A stretch of DNA of 64,000 nucleotides from NCBI GenBank assembly GCA_046604365.1, contig JBJACV010000007.1:121877-185876 (forward strand), written 5' to 3'. The translations under genes were made by a program, and so were the position numbers. This document shows, piece by piece, positions 28,006 to 37,089 of this stretch. The notes under the pieces were generated by a model. It ran no database searches and had not been told where the DNA came from. It was given only the letters and a program-made list of their open reading frames with translations. Source of the stretch: Nitrospira sp. (lineage in GTDB: Bacteria > Nitrospirota > Nitrospiria > Nitrospirales > Nitrospiraceae). How positions within the stretch are numbered: position 1 is the first letter of the stretch; every line of letters begins with the position of its first letter.

Positions 28006-29538
28006 CTACAGCGTTCGATCGATAAGGTATTGAATCAAGAGCCTCGTGCCGATCCCGGTCGGTCCTTTCGGAATATAGGCCCGTTCACGCTCGCTCCAGT
28101 CGGTGCTGGCGATGTCGAGGTGCACCCAGGGCCAGTCGCCGGCAAACTTGCTGAGGAACAGAGCGGCCGTAATCATGCCGCCCCCGCGTCCGCCGATGTT
28201 CCGCATGTCAGCCACATCGCTCTTCAGCTGCTCAAAATACTCATCCCACAGCGGCATTTCCCACACGCGCTCGCCGGCCCGCAATCCAGCCGTGCGCACC
28301 GATTCCTTGAGGGGCGCGTCCGTGCCGAACATGCCGATGGCAAACTGGCCCAGCGCGACGACACAGGCGCCGGTCAGCGTGGCGATGTCGATCAACACGG
28401 CCGGTTTGTAGCGGCCTGCGTAGGCCAGTCCGTCGGAGAGAATCAGCCGGCCTTCGGCGTCGGTATTCTGGACCTCCACGGTTTTTCCGGAGAGCGTCGT
28501 GACGATGTCGCCAGGCTTCATCGCCCGGCCACCGGGCATGTTTTCAGTCACCGGTAGAATACTGACCAGATTGAGCGGTAGCTTGAGGCGGGCTGCCGCT
28601 CGTATGGCTGCCAGGACTTCGGCGCCGCCGGTCATGTCCGCCTTCATATGTTCCATGTTTTCCGCCGGCTTGAGCGAGATGCCGCCGGTATCGAACGTGA
28701 CGGTTTTGCCAACCAGCACCACGGGACGGTCCTCTTTCTTTCGAGCGCCGTGATATTCGAGGATGATGAATTTCGGCGGTTCATGGCTGCCTCGGGCCAC
28801 CCCCAGGAGCGCGCCCATGCCCAATTTCTCCATGTCTTTCTGCTCGAGGATCTTGAGGGTGACGCCGGTTTCTTTCGCAATGGCTTTCGCTTCTTGTGCG
28901 ATCTTGGTCGGCGTCATGACATTGGAAGGATGGTTGCATAGGTCTCGGACGAACACAGCCGCTTCTGCCGAGGCTGTTCCGCGCCGGATGCCCTCGGACA
29001 GGTCGCGCAATGACGATTTCTCCGGAGCAAGCAGGGTCATCTGCGCCAACTCTTTTCCCGGCGCCAGGTCGCTTCGATACAGGTTGAACTGATAACTGGC
29101 CAGGATGGCGCCTTCGGCCATCGCTTGCGCGACTTCGATGACGGAGGAATCGCGTGGAATGAGAGCGGGGACCGATACGGTGAACGATGTAGCTTTGGCC
29201 TGACGGACGCGTTTGGCTGCATAGCCCATCGCCTGGCGGATCGTATCCAGCCCGGCGGACGCCTTTTTCCCGACTCCGACGAGCAACACACGTTTCGCAG
29301 GAATTGTTTTCTGAGTGTGGAGCAGTACTAACTCTCCGGGTTTCCCTTCGAACTCTTTGGACTTGAGCAGATCCGTAAGCGCTCCCCCCATAGCCTTGTC
29401 GATCGATGCGGCACTCTGTTCTGAGAAGTTGTCACCCTCGCAGAGCATTAGGACGAGCGCCTCGGTCGCTTCTGTTTCTACCCGCCCCGCTTTCACTCCG
29501 ACTTGCATAATTTTCATTCCCTCATGCTCCTTTGTCAT
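28006..29538 (-). CDS. pepA: Leucyl aminopeptidase (M17)
   Basis: 510 aa. VGKTVTFDTGGISLKP, the NTDAEGRLILSD signature, and ATLTGACVVALG. The start may instead be the ATG at 29517 (MKIMQV), which is preceded by AAGGAG. Confidence 0.9.
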   Translation of the reverse strand: MTKEHEGMKIMQVGVKAGRVETEATEALVLMLCEGDNFSEQSAASIDKAMGGALTDLLKSKEFEGKPGELVLLHTQKTIPAKRVLLVGVGKKASAGLDTIRQAMGYAAKRVRQAKATSFTVSVPALIPRDSSVIEVAQAMAEGAILASYQFNLYRSDLAPGKELAQMTLLAPEKSSLRDLSEGIRRGTASAEAAVFVRDLCNHPSNVMTPTKIAQEAKAIAKETGVTLKILEQKDMEKLGMGALLGVARGSHEPPKFIILEYHGARKKEDRPVVLVGKTVTFDTGGISLKPAENMEHMKADMTGGAEVLAAIRAAARLKLPLNLVSILPVTENMPGGRAMKPGDIVTTLSGKTVEVQNTDAEGRLILSDGLAYAGRYKPAVLIDIATLTGACVVALGQFAIGMFGTDAPLKESVRTAGLRAGERVWEMPLWDEYFEQLKSDVADMRNIGGRGGGMITAALFLSKFAGDWPWVHLDIASTDWSERERAYIPKGPTGIGTRLLIQYLIDRTL

Positions 29539-29609
29539 CGGTCTTTCGCTATCGATCGGTGGATACCGGAATTGGACGAAATGTCATGAACGACCAGCAC
29601 CGCATGACA

Positions 29610-30245
29610 TCAGACCCCTCTCATGTCCGGGGCCCAAATGTACTTGTGCATCTGAATCTGATACCGCACCGGCAACCGATCGGCGAGCACCCATTCGGCC
29701 AGCTGCCGCGGGTCCAGCGTTCCAAACACCGGGCTGAACAGTACCGTGCATTGATGGTCGATCCCATACCGCGTGACCGTCTCTTTTGCCCATTCGTAGT
29801 CGGGCCGGTCCTGAATGACGAACTTGGCTTCATCGTGCGCCCTGAGGCGCGGGATATTGGGCCAGTGGATCCGATCCGTCATGCCGCTGCCTGGGCACTT
29901 GACGTCCAGGATGACATGCACCCGCGCATCAACCGCTGTGGTATCGATGGCTCCACTGGTTTCGAGCAGGACCGTGAACCCCTCATCACACAGCCGGGTG
30001 AGCAGCACGAGGCATTCCGATTGCGCGAGCGGTTCTCCGCCCGTCACCTCCACCAGGGGGCAGCCATATGCGCGAACGGTCTCGACGATTTGATCAATCG
30101 ACTGCTCGACGCCGCCGTAAAAGGCGTAGTCCGTATCGCACCAGGTACAGCGGAGCGGGCAACCGGTCAGGCGCACGAAGACGCAGGGCCGTCCGGCGAA
30201 CGTCGACTCACCCTGGATGCTATGAAAAATTTCGCTGATGCGCAT
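29610..30245 (-). CDS. queE: 7-carboxy-7-deazaguanine synthase (radical SAM)
   Basis: 211 aa. MRISEIFHSIQGESTFAGRPCVFVRLTGCPLRCTWCDTDYAF is the QueE N-terminal CxxxCxxC cluster context. Confidence 0.9.
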   Translation of the reverse strand: MRISEIFHSIQGESTFAGRPCVFVRLTGCPLRCTWCDTDYAFYGGVEQSIDQIVETVRAYGCPLVEVTGGEPLAQSECLVLLTRLCDEGFTVLLETSGAIDTTAVDARVHVILDVKCPGSGMTDRIHWPNIPRLRAHDEAKFVIQDRPDYEWAKETVTRYGIDHQCTVLFSPVFGTLDPRQLAEWVLADRLPVRYQIQMHKYIWAPDMRGV

Positions 30246-30273
30246 ATGCTCTGTTCACGTCACGTGTGGGGCG

Positions 30274-30966
30274 CTATTGCCATCGCGCAATCGGCCACTT
30301 CTGCCGCTTGGCCACGCGAGCCATTCCCCGGATGGGATTCACCACTGTGGGGTAGCCGACCGCGCGCAAGAGCTCGAGGTCGCCGGGGCTATCGCCGTAG
30401 GCATAGCATAGGGAGAGGTCCAGCGTCAGGTCCTGCGCCAGCTGCTCGATCAGCCGGCGCTTTCCCGCGCCGTAGGGCAAGGGTGGGACAAGATGGCCTG
30501 TATAGACGCCGTCGACTTGCTCCAGGCGGTTGGCGAAGCAACGATCGATCTGCAACGCAGTGGCAATGGGGTCGATCAGGAAATCGAGGGAGCCTGTCAG
30601 CAGCACGATCAGGTGGCCGGCACTCCGATGTTCCTCGATCGCTCGCATTGCCGCAGGGGATACGCAGGGGCACAGTTGTTCGCGGCAAAACTCTTCTCCC
30701 AGCGGCTCGATCACTTGGGCCGGTTTTCCTGCAATGTACAGCTTGCGTTCACGGAGCGGGTGCAGGGAGAGCGACGGCAGGTGCCGCATGAGCCACGCAA
30801 GACTCGCCCGAGCCTCGGGCCATCCCACCACCCCGCGCTGCCAGAGCCATCGGAAAAACCTGACTTCGCTGGCTTCTCCGGGCAGGATGGTGTTGTCCAG
30901 ATCGAAAAAGGCCGCAACCTGGCTGTTGAGGCGGCAGGGAGCGGTCGATGTAATGAATGGCATCAT
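30274..30966 (-). CDS. HAD-IB family hydrolase (SerB-like phosphatase superfamily)
   Basis: The track ORF runs to 31356 but that extension crosses tRNA-Leu(GAG). The ATGATG at 30966 gives MMPFITS..AAFFDLDNTIL (HAD motif I DxDxT), LLTGS (motif II), and GDSPGDLELL (motif IV). Confidence 0.7.
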   Translation of the reverse strand: MMPFITSTAPCRLNSQVAAFFDLDNTILPGEASEVRFFRWLWQRGVVGWPEARASLAWLMRHLPSLSLHPLRERKLYIAGKPAQVIEPLGEEFCREQLCPCVSPAAMRAIEEHRSAGHLIVLLTGSLDFLIDPIATALQIDRCFANRLEQVDGVYTGHLVPPLPYGAGKRRLIEQLAQDLTLDLSLCYAYGDSPGDLELLRAVGYPTVVNPIRGMARVAKRQKWPIARWQ

Positions 30967-31043
30967 GCGAGAGTCAGCTTCGTGCAGCGCCCTATGCGCC
31001 GGTATCTCAAATAGCGAGCTGATTCTACCGGAGGGCTCCTTCA

Positions 31044-31073
31044 TTGACAAGAATTTTGCCCTACTTCTATAAT
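31044..31073 (+). promoter_or_regulatory. Consensus sigma-70 promoter (TTGACA-18-TATAAT)
   Basis: TTGACA at 31044-31049 and TATAAT at 31068-31073, with an 18-nt spacer. The predicted start is near 31080, about 80 nt upstream of tRNA-Leu(GAG). Confidence 0.5.
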
Positions 31074-31160
31074 GCTTCTCCCTCGGGCGTCGATCGTCGT
31101 TCGTAAAGGATACGGCGAGCACAGGGTTCACGACGCATTCCGACGAACGACACGTTTTTT

Positions 31161-31244
31161 GCCGAAGTGGTGGAATGGCAGACACGCACGTTTGAGGGGC
31201 GTGTGGCGCAAGCCGTGCGGGTTCAAGTCCCGCCTTCGGCACCA
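31161..31244 (+). tRNA. tRNA-Leu (anticodon GAG), CCA encoded
   Basis: Acceptor GCCGAAG/CTTCGGC, anticodon stem CACGT/GCGTG (one G-U) with loop TTGAGGG, long variable arm, T arm GCGGG-TTCAAGT-CCCGC, discriminator A, then CCA. Confidence 0.9.
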
Positions 31245-31446
31245 ATTGTTCCTCAACAGATACTGACTCGCCGAAGCGAACGCGCACCGTTCTCGCCGCT
31301 GCATGAGCACGGTACGTTTTGATGAGGGTGCGTCCTGTCACATTTTCTACGACCATCGTTCTTACCTCGCTGGTTTTCCTCTGACGATCGAGAGCTCTAT
31401 CCGGACTAGACGATCACTCCATGAGCGTTCTTGATAAGGAGTCTCT

Positions 31447-34400
31447 ATGCCCACCCCAACGACGTTGCCCGAGGCACTCACTGAGATCGAGGAACTGCGT
31501 GGCCAGGTTCGCGAACTGCTCCAGCTGCTGGGGGAGGATGCGCAGCAGGAAAATGGAACCGGCTATCCCGTCCGTCCGTCACGCACCACCATGAACGGCA
31601 GGGATCGGGAGTCAGCGGAATTGGCCCAGCCGCAAAGTGAGTCGGACTTCCGCGCCATGATCGAGAATTCCTCGGACATCATCACGGTGCTGGACCTCGA
31701 CGGCACGATCCGGTTTGAAAGCCCGTCGTTCGAACGGCTACTCGGGTATACCCAGCATGAGATCGACGGCCGGATCGCCTTCGACTTTGTTCATCCGGAC
31801 GATCTTCCGGCCGTCATCGAGAAGTTTCAGCGGATCCTCCAGCAGCCGGGCGAGACACAAACCGCCGAATTCCGCTTCCGCCATAAAGATGGGTCCTGGC
31901 GAAGTTTAGAGGGCATCGGCCGGGCGACGTGTGATTCGCAGAGCCGGTCTTGCGTCATCGTGAATTCACGCGATATCACCGAGCGAAAACGCGCCGAGCA
32001 ATCGCTGTTACAAACCCGCGATCTCTTAACATCGTTCGTGGAAAATACACCTGCTGCCGTCGCGATGCTGGACAGAGAGCTTCGATACCTGGCAGTCAGC
32101 CGGCGTTGGCTGACAGACTACCGGTTAGGCGACGAGCCGCTGGTCGGACGGCGTCACTATGATGTGTTTCCTGAAATACAGGACATGAAAGAGTGGCAAG
32201 AGATTCACCAGCGTTGTCTCTCGGGATCAGTGGAGCGACGCGAGGAGGATCGATTTGTTCGCGCCGATGGATCAGAAGACTGGCTGCGCTGGGAAGTCCG
32301 TCCTTGGCACGACATCACCGGAGAGATCGGCGGCATTATCATCTTTACCGAAGTCATCACCGAGCGTAAACAGGCCGAAGCGGCCCTGAGAGTGAGCGAA
32401 GAACGTTTAGCGCTGGCCGTGGAAGGCTCGACCGATATCCTCTGGGATGCTCACCGGCTTCCCGGTGAGCCCTGGTATACCCCTCAAACACCGATCTGGT
32501 GGTCGCCACGAGTCCGAGGATTACTGGACTTGGAGGAGTCAGAATTGTTCGAGACGCTCGAACAATGGGCGATGAGACTACATCCGGATGACAAGGATTT
32601 GGTGTTTGGCAAACTCACTGCGCATATCGAGCATCGAGTTCCGTACGATGCCGAATACCGGCTGCGCACCAATCGAGGCGACTATCTCTGGATTCGCGCA
32701 CGCGGGCAGGCGAGTTGGGATGAGCAGGGAGAGATCCGTCGAATGTCCGGCTCCTGCCAGGATATTACCGACCGCAAGCACGCAGAGGAGGCGCTCCGTG
32801 TCAGCAAAGAGCGGTATGCCAGGGCTACGGCGGTAGGAAGGGTCGGCGTGTGGGAATTGGACGTCGCAACCGGTACGTACTATGGGGACACCAATCTGAA
32901 GGCGCTATTCGGCTATCGCGATGAGGAACTTTCCACCGATCCCTATGACTGGCTCAATCTCGTCCATCCGGACGATCGCTCCATTGCGATGGAACACTGG
33001 CAGCGGATCGTACGAGGGGAAGCCGACGGCTACAACTATGAACTTCGTATGGTCAAGAAAAACGGGACGGTCATTTGGACGGATGTGCGAGGCCATGCCG
33101 TTCGCAATAACGAGGGTCAAGTGAAGCATCTCTTCGGTGCGACAGTAGATATCACCGACCGGAGGCTTGTCCAGGACGCATTGACCAAGAGTGAACGCCA
33201 GCTCCGCACCGTGCTTGACGCCCTGCCGGTGGGTGTCTGGCTGACCGATCAGAAGGGTGAGGCGCTGTTATTCAATCCGGCGGCCAAGGAGATCTGGTCG
33301 GGTATCAGGCGCGCCGGGTGCCAGAATCCGGATGTCACGATCAGATGGCCGGAATCGCTCGAGGCGGTCGGTGAACCGCTTCGCCGGGCCCTGGACGTCA
33401 CCCTGGCCAACGGTATTGCGTCGCTGAACGAGACGATGGAATTAGAATATCTTGACGGAACCAGGAGGATCGTCCGCAATTCGACCATTCCAGTGCAGAA
33501 TCAGGAAGGTCTGGCGTTCGGGGCTGTGGTGTTGACCGAAGACATTACGATGCTTCGACAAACGGAGGCTGACCTGAAGTTGACTCAGTTCTCGGTCGAT
33601 CATGCGCTTGAAGGATTCCTCTGGATCAGCTCTGACGGCAGGATCCTCAATGCGAACGACACGGTCTGCCGCCTGCTGGAATACTCGCACGATGAACTGC
33701 TTGCGATGACGATCTTCGACATCGACCCTAAGGTTTCATCCGAGGTATGGTCGGCCCATTGGAATGCGTTGACGCAAAAAGGATCCTTGTCATTTGAATC
33801 GATATACTGGTCACAAACCGGTCATATTCACGAGATGGACGTGACCGCCAACTACCTGCATTACGGGGATCGTGAATACAGTTGTGCCATCTTGCGTGAC
33901 ATCGGAGAGCGCAAGCGTGCCGTCGAGGCTCTGCGGGAAAGCGAGGAGCGTTTTTCCAAGGCCTTCAACGAGGCGGCGATCGGGATGGCTCTCGTGGGGA
34001 CTGATGGCCGCTGGCTCCAAGTCAACCGGGCGTTGTGCAATATTGTGGGTTATTCAAAAGAAGAACTGGAAGCCACGACCTTCCAAGCCGTGACCCATCC
34101 GGACGACCTGGATGCCGACCTCACTCTTTTGCGACAGCTGTTGAAAGGCGAAATCTCTACCTATCAAATGGAGAAACGGTATCTCCACAAGCAAGGCCAT
34201 ATCATTTGGATCGTTCTCAGTGTCTCGTTGGTGAGACATCCCAACGGGGAGCCCCAGCATCTCATTTCCCAAATGCAAGACATCACTGATCGGAAACAGG
34301 CGGAGGAGGCGCTGGCTCTCAGTGAGCGCCGACTGCGGACCGTGCTCGACACCTTGCCGGTCGGTGTGTGGTTTACCGATTCGGCGGGACGGGTGCAGTT

Positions 34401-36267
34401 CGGCAATCCGGCCAGCCACAGGATTTGGGGAGGAGCGGCGTACATCGGTCTTCCCCGTCAAGGAAAAGAAGAGTGGTGGGAGTCGTCAGCCGGAGATTAT
34501 GTGCCGCATCGCTGGGCGCTTGCCGGCGCGCTTTCCAACGGCGAATCGTCATTCCAAGACAAGATGATGATTCGGTATGTGGATGGCACCACGAAGACCA
34601 TCATGAATACCTCAGTGCCGGTCCGGGGCGATGCCGGTCGGATGATGGGCGCCATCGTCGTTACCGAGGATATTACAGAAAGCACACGGCTTGCCCAACG
34701 AGAAGCGGCTCGGATCGAGCAGTTGAGACAACTATCCGAACTCAGTCTGACGCTGTCAGGTGATCCTACCGTCGTCTTCACGCAGGTGGTGCGCATGATC
34801 GGTGAGCTATTCAAGGTGCGGGTTGTCTGTCTGTCGGAAATCGTCGGGCAGGAGCTGCATTTCAAAGCCGTCTATGCCGACGGCTGTGTCATAACCGATG
34901 CAGGGTGTTGTCCGCTGACCGTCACGCCTTGCGCCACGGTGCAGATGGACAAGGACGTGCGTCTGTTCGATCGGGTGATGGAGCGCTTTCCACAGGCCTC
35001 GTTTCTCCGCGACCACCAGGCCGTTTCCTACTGCGGTTTCCCGGCGTTGGACGGCGCGGGGCGCGTGGTCGCGGTGACCTGCCTGTTGGACGACAAGTCG
35101 CACGAGTTCAGCGACGAGGAACAAGACTTGTTGCAGATTTTCGGACAGCGCATTGCGATGGAGTTCGAACGACACCACCACGTGGCCGAGCAACAGCGAG
35201 TGGCGGAGGAACTGCGGCGTTCGCATGCCTTCCTGCGACAGGTCATCGACACAGATCCGAACTTCATCTTTGCAAAGGACCGTGAAGGGCGGTTCACGTT
35301 GGTCAACAAAGCGATCGCCGAGGCCTATGGGACGACGGTGGACAGTTTGATCGGGAAGACCGATGCCGATTTCAACCGCAACCGGGATGAGATAGAGTTT
35401 TTCCGCCGGAAGGATCTTGAAGTCATGGACTCCTTGCTGGAACGGTTCACCCCGGAGGAGAAGTTCACGGATGCAACCGGACACGTCCGCTGGCTGCAGA
35501 CCGTCAAGCGTCCGCTGCTCGACGATCACGGCTACGCCGTCATGCTCCTGGGCGCGTCGACCGATGTTACGGCCCGCAAGCGTGTGGAAGAAATGCTCCG
35601 TCAACGGGAACGGGATCTGCGTGCCGCCGTCGAGGAGCGCGAACGAATCAACGAGGATCTACACGACGGCATCTTGCAGTCCATTTTTGCGGTCGGTCTG
35701 GGCCTGGAATCCTGCAGGACGCTCGTTTCCAAGTTGCCGCTGCCGCGGAAGAAGACCGCCACGCCGCTCATGGAAGCCTTGAATCGTGCGATCGGGCAGC
35801 TGAATCATGTCATGACCGACGTCCGGAATTTCATCGCGGGAATCGAGTCGCACGTTTTGGAAGAAGCCGACATCGGCGAGACCCTGCGGACGATGGTTCA
35901 GGCCGTGTGCGCATCCAATGGAACGGCCTGCCGTGTGACGATTGAGGAGGCTGCTGTCCGGGAGCTCTCGACGGAACAGGCCTATCATGTGGTGAACGTT
36001 ATGCGGGAGGCGCTGAGCAACAGCATTCGACACAGCGGGGCCGGCCGTATCACCCTGTCGTTCAAACGACTGCGCCGCTCCGTGCGTCTATCGGTCACCG
36101 ATAACGGAAAAGGATTCATCCCGGACTCGGCCCGTGATGTCGGGCATGGATTGATCAATATGACGGCGCGGGCGCGGAAACTTGGCGGTCGGATCGAGGT
36201 TCGCTCTCGGCCTCGGCAGGGAACGAAAGTGCTGCTGGACATACCTAGGGTGTCGGCCAATGCGTAA
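31447..36267 (+). CDS. Cytoplasmic multi-sensor histidine kinase: nine PAS/PAC modules, one GAF, HisKA_3 and HATPase_c
   Basis: 1606 aa, AAGGAG 7 nt upstream, no hydrophobic segment. There are nine recurrences of the PAC-end motif D(I/V)T-x-RK-x-(A/V)E-x-L. A GAF-like block spans ~aa 1090-1240. The H-box is ERERINEDLHDGILQSIFAVGL (His codon 35662-35664), typical of NarX/DesK-type HisKA_3, and the C-terminal ATPase has VTDNGKGF and GHGLINM. Confidence 0.9.
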   Translation: MPTPTTLPEALTEIEELRGQVRELLQLLGEDAQQENGTGYPVRPSRTTMNGRDRESAELAQPQSESDFRAMIENSSDIITVLDLDGTIRFESPSFERLLGYTQHEIDGRIAFDFVHPDDLPAVIEKFQRILQQPGETQTAEFRFRHKDGSWRSLEGIGRATCDSQSRSCVIVNSRDITERKRAEQSLLQTRDLLTSFVENTPAAVAMLDRELRYLAVSRRWLTDYRLGDEPLVGRRHYDVFPEIQDMKEWQEIHQRCLSGSVERREEDRFVRADGSEDWLRWEVRPWHDITGEIGGIIIFTEVITERKQAEAALRVSEERLALAVEGSTDILWDAHRLPGEPWYTPQTPIWWSPRVRGLLDLEESELFETLEQWAMRLHPDDKDLVFGKLTAHIEHRVPYDAEYRLRTNRGDYLWIRARGQASWDEQGEIRRMSGSCQDITDRKHAEEALRVSKERYARATAVGRVGVWELDVATGTYYGDTNLKALFGYRDEELSTDPYDWLNLVHPDDRSIAMEHWQRIVRGEADGYNYELRMVKKNGTVIWTDVRGHAVRNNEGQVKHLFGATVDITDRRLVQDALTKSERQLRTVLDALPVGVWLTDQKGEALLFNPAAKEIWSGIRRAGCQNPDVTIRWPESLEAVGEPLRRALDVTLANGIASLNETMELEYLDGTRRIVRNSTIPVQNQEGLAFGAVVLTEDITMLRQTEADLKLTQFSVDHALEGFLWISSDGRILNANDTVCRLLEYSHDELLAMTIFDIDPKVSSEVWSAHWNALTQKGSLSFESIYWSQTGHIHEMDVTANYLHYGDREYSCAILRDIGERKRAVEALRESEERFSKAFNEAAIGMALVGTDGRWLQVNRALCNIVGYSKEELEATTFQAVTHPDDLDADLTLLRQLLKGEISTYQMEKRYLHKQGHIIWIVLSVSLVRHPNGEPQHLISQMQDITDRKQAEEALALSERRLRTVLDTLPVGVWFTDSAGRVQFGNPASHRIWGGAAYIGLPRQGKEEWWESSAGDYVPHRWALAGALSNGESSFQDKMMIRYVDGTTKTIMNTSVPVRGDAGRMMGAIVVTEDITESTRLAQREAARIEQLRQLSELSLTLSGDPTVVFTQVVRMIGELFKVRVVCLSEIVGQELHFKAVYADGCVITDAGCCPLTVTPCATVQMDKDVRLFDRVMERFPQASFLRDHQAVSYCGFPALDGAGRVVAVTCLLDDKSHEFSDEEQDLLQIFGQRIAMEFERHHHVAEQQRVAEELRRSHAFLRQVIDTDPNFIFAKDREGRFTLVNKAIAEAYGTTVDSLIGKTDADFNRNRDEIEFFRRKDLEVMDSLLERFTPEEKFTDATGHVRWLQTVKRPLLDDHGYAVMLLGASTDVTARKRVEEMLRQRERDLRAAVEERERINEDLHDGILQSIFAVGLGLESCRTLVSKLPLPRKKTATPLMEALNRAIGQLNHVMTDVRNFIAGIESHVLEEADIGETLRTMVQAVCASNGTACRVTIEEAAVRELSTEQAYHVVNVMREALSNSIRHSGAGRITLSFKRLRRSVRLSVTDNGKGFIPDSARDVGHGLINMTARARKLGGRIEVRSRPRQGTKVLLDIPRVSANA

Positions 36268-36916
36268 GGCGAAACTCAAGACCGTTCGTGTCTTGCTTGT
36301 GGATGATCATGAGATCGTTCGTGTGGGTCTTCGGACGGTGCTGAGCCAGCATCGCTCCATTCTGGTGGTGGGAGAATCGGCGACGGTTGCGGGGGCGACC
36401 AGGCAAGTGGAGAACCTGAAACCGGATGTGGTGCTTATGGACGTGCGTCTCCCGGATGGTTCAGGTGTCGATGCCTGCCGGGACCTCCTTGCCGCTTTTC
36501 CCGATCTCCGGGTGATCATTCTGACTTCCTATGCCGACGACGACTCGGTTCTGGCGGCCGTATTGGCCGGCGCGCATGGGTATGTGCTCAAAGCTATCGA
36601 CGCCCTGTCGTTGATCGGCGCGATCCGTTCTGTCTCCGAGGGCCGGTCGATCCTGGATCCCGCCGTGACCGACCGGGCGCTCGCGTGGCTGCGCGGATTG
36701 GCGGCCGGTAAAGACATGCCGGGGGTGGAAAAACTCTCTACGCAGGAAGAGCGGGTATTGGCGCTCGTCGCCGAAGGAAAGACAAACAAGGAAATCGCCA
36801 CGGCACTCGATCTGAGCGACAAGACCGTGAAAAATTATCTTGCCAATGTCTTTCATAAACTTCGCATCACCCGCCGCTCGCAGGCGGCGGCGCTCTTTGT
36901 CAAACGGCAGAGCTGA
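36260..36916 (+). CDS. NarL/FixJ (LuxR-type HTH) response regulator
   Basis: The ATG at 36260 overlaps the kinase stop (ATGCGTAA). It has a receiver (VLLVDDHEIVRVGL, VVLMDVRLPDGSG) and a C-terminal LuxR HTH (LSTQEERVLALVAEGKTNKEIATALDLSDKTVKNYLANVFHKL). Confidence 0.9.
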   Translation: MRKAKLKTVRVLLVDDHEIVRVGLRTVLSQHRSILVVGESATVAGATRQVENLKPDVVLMDVRLPDGSGVDACRDLLAAFPDLRVIILTSYADDDSVLAAVLAGAHGYVLKAIDALSLIGAIRSVSEGRSILDPAVTDRALAWLRGLAAGKDMPGVEKLSTQEERVLALVAEGKTNKEIATALDLSDKTVKNYLANVFHKLRITRRSQAAALFVKRQS

Positions 36917-36926
36917 TTCGAGACAA

Positions 36927-36965
36927 ATAGCCCTATGACGATAGGGCTATATTTCTGTTCGTTTT
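36927..36965 (+). terminator. Rho-independent terminator after the NarL-type regulator
   Basis: Perfect 10-bp stem ATAGCCCTAT (36927-36936) / ATAGGGCTAT (36941-36950), loop GACG, followed by ATTTCTGTTCGTTTT. Confidence 0.65.
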
Positions 36966-37089
36966 CCAGCCATTTCACCTAAACATGTTGCTTGAGCCTG
37001 TGTATAGTTATAACTGGGGTAAGGGAGGTTACGTTCTGGATTCTGGCCGAGAGAGTCCAAGATGATTTGTATGATTTGAAAGAGGCTAA

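Noticed and set aside
29532-30791. 419-aa plus-strand ORF
   Set aside because: It is antisense to queE and the HAD hydrolase, both of which have clear family motifs. The sequence is Arg/Gly/Ala/Pro-rich with no recognisable domain.
30967-31356. N-terminal 130-aa extension of the HAD hydrolase ORF
   Set aside because: The extension runs straight through tRNA-Leu(GAG) (31161-31244) and the consensus promoter. HAD motif I lies about 20 aa after the internal ATGATG at 30966.
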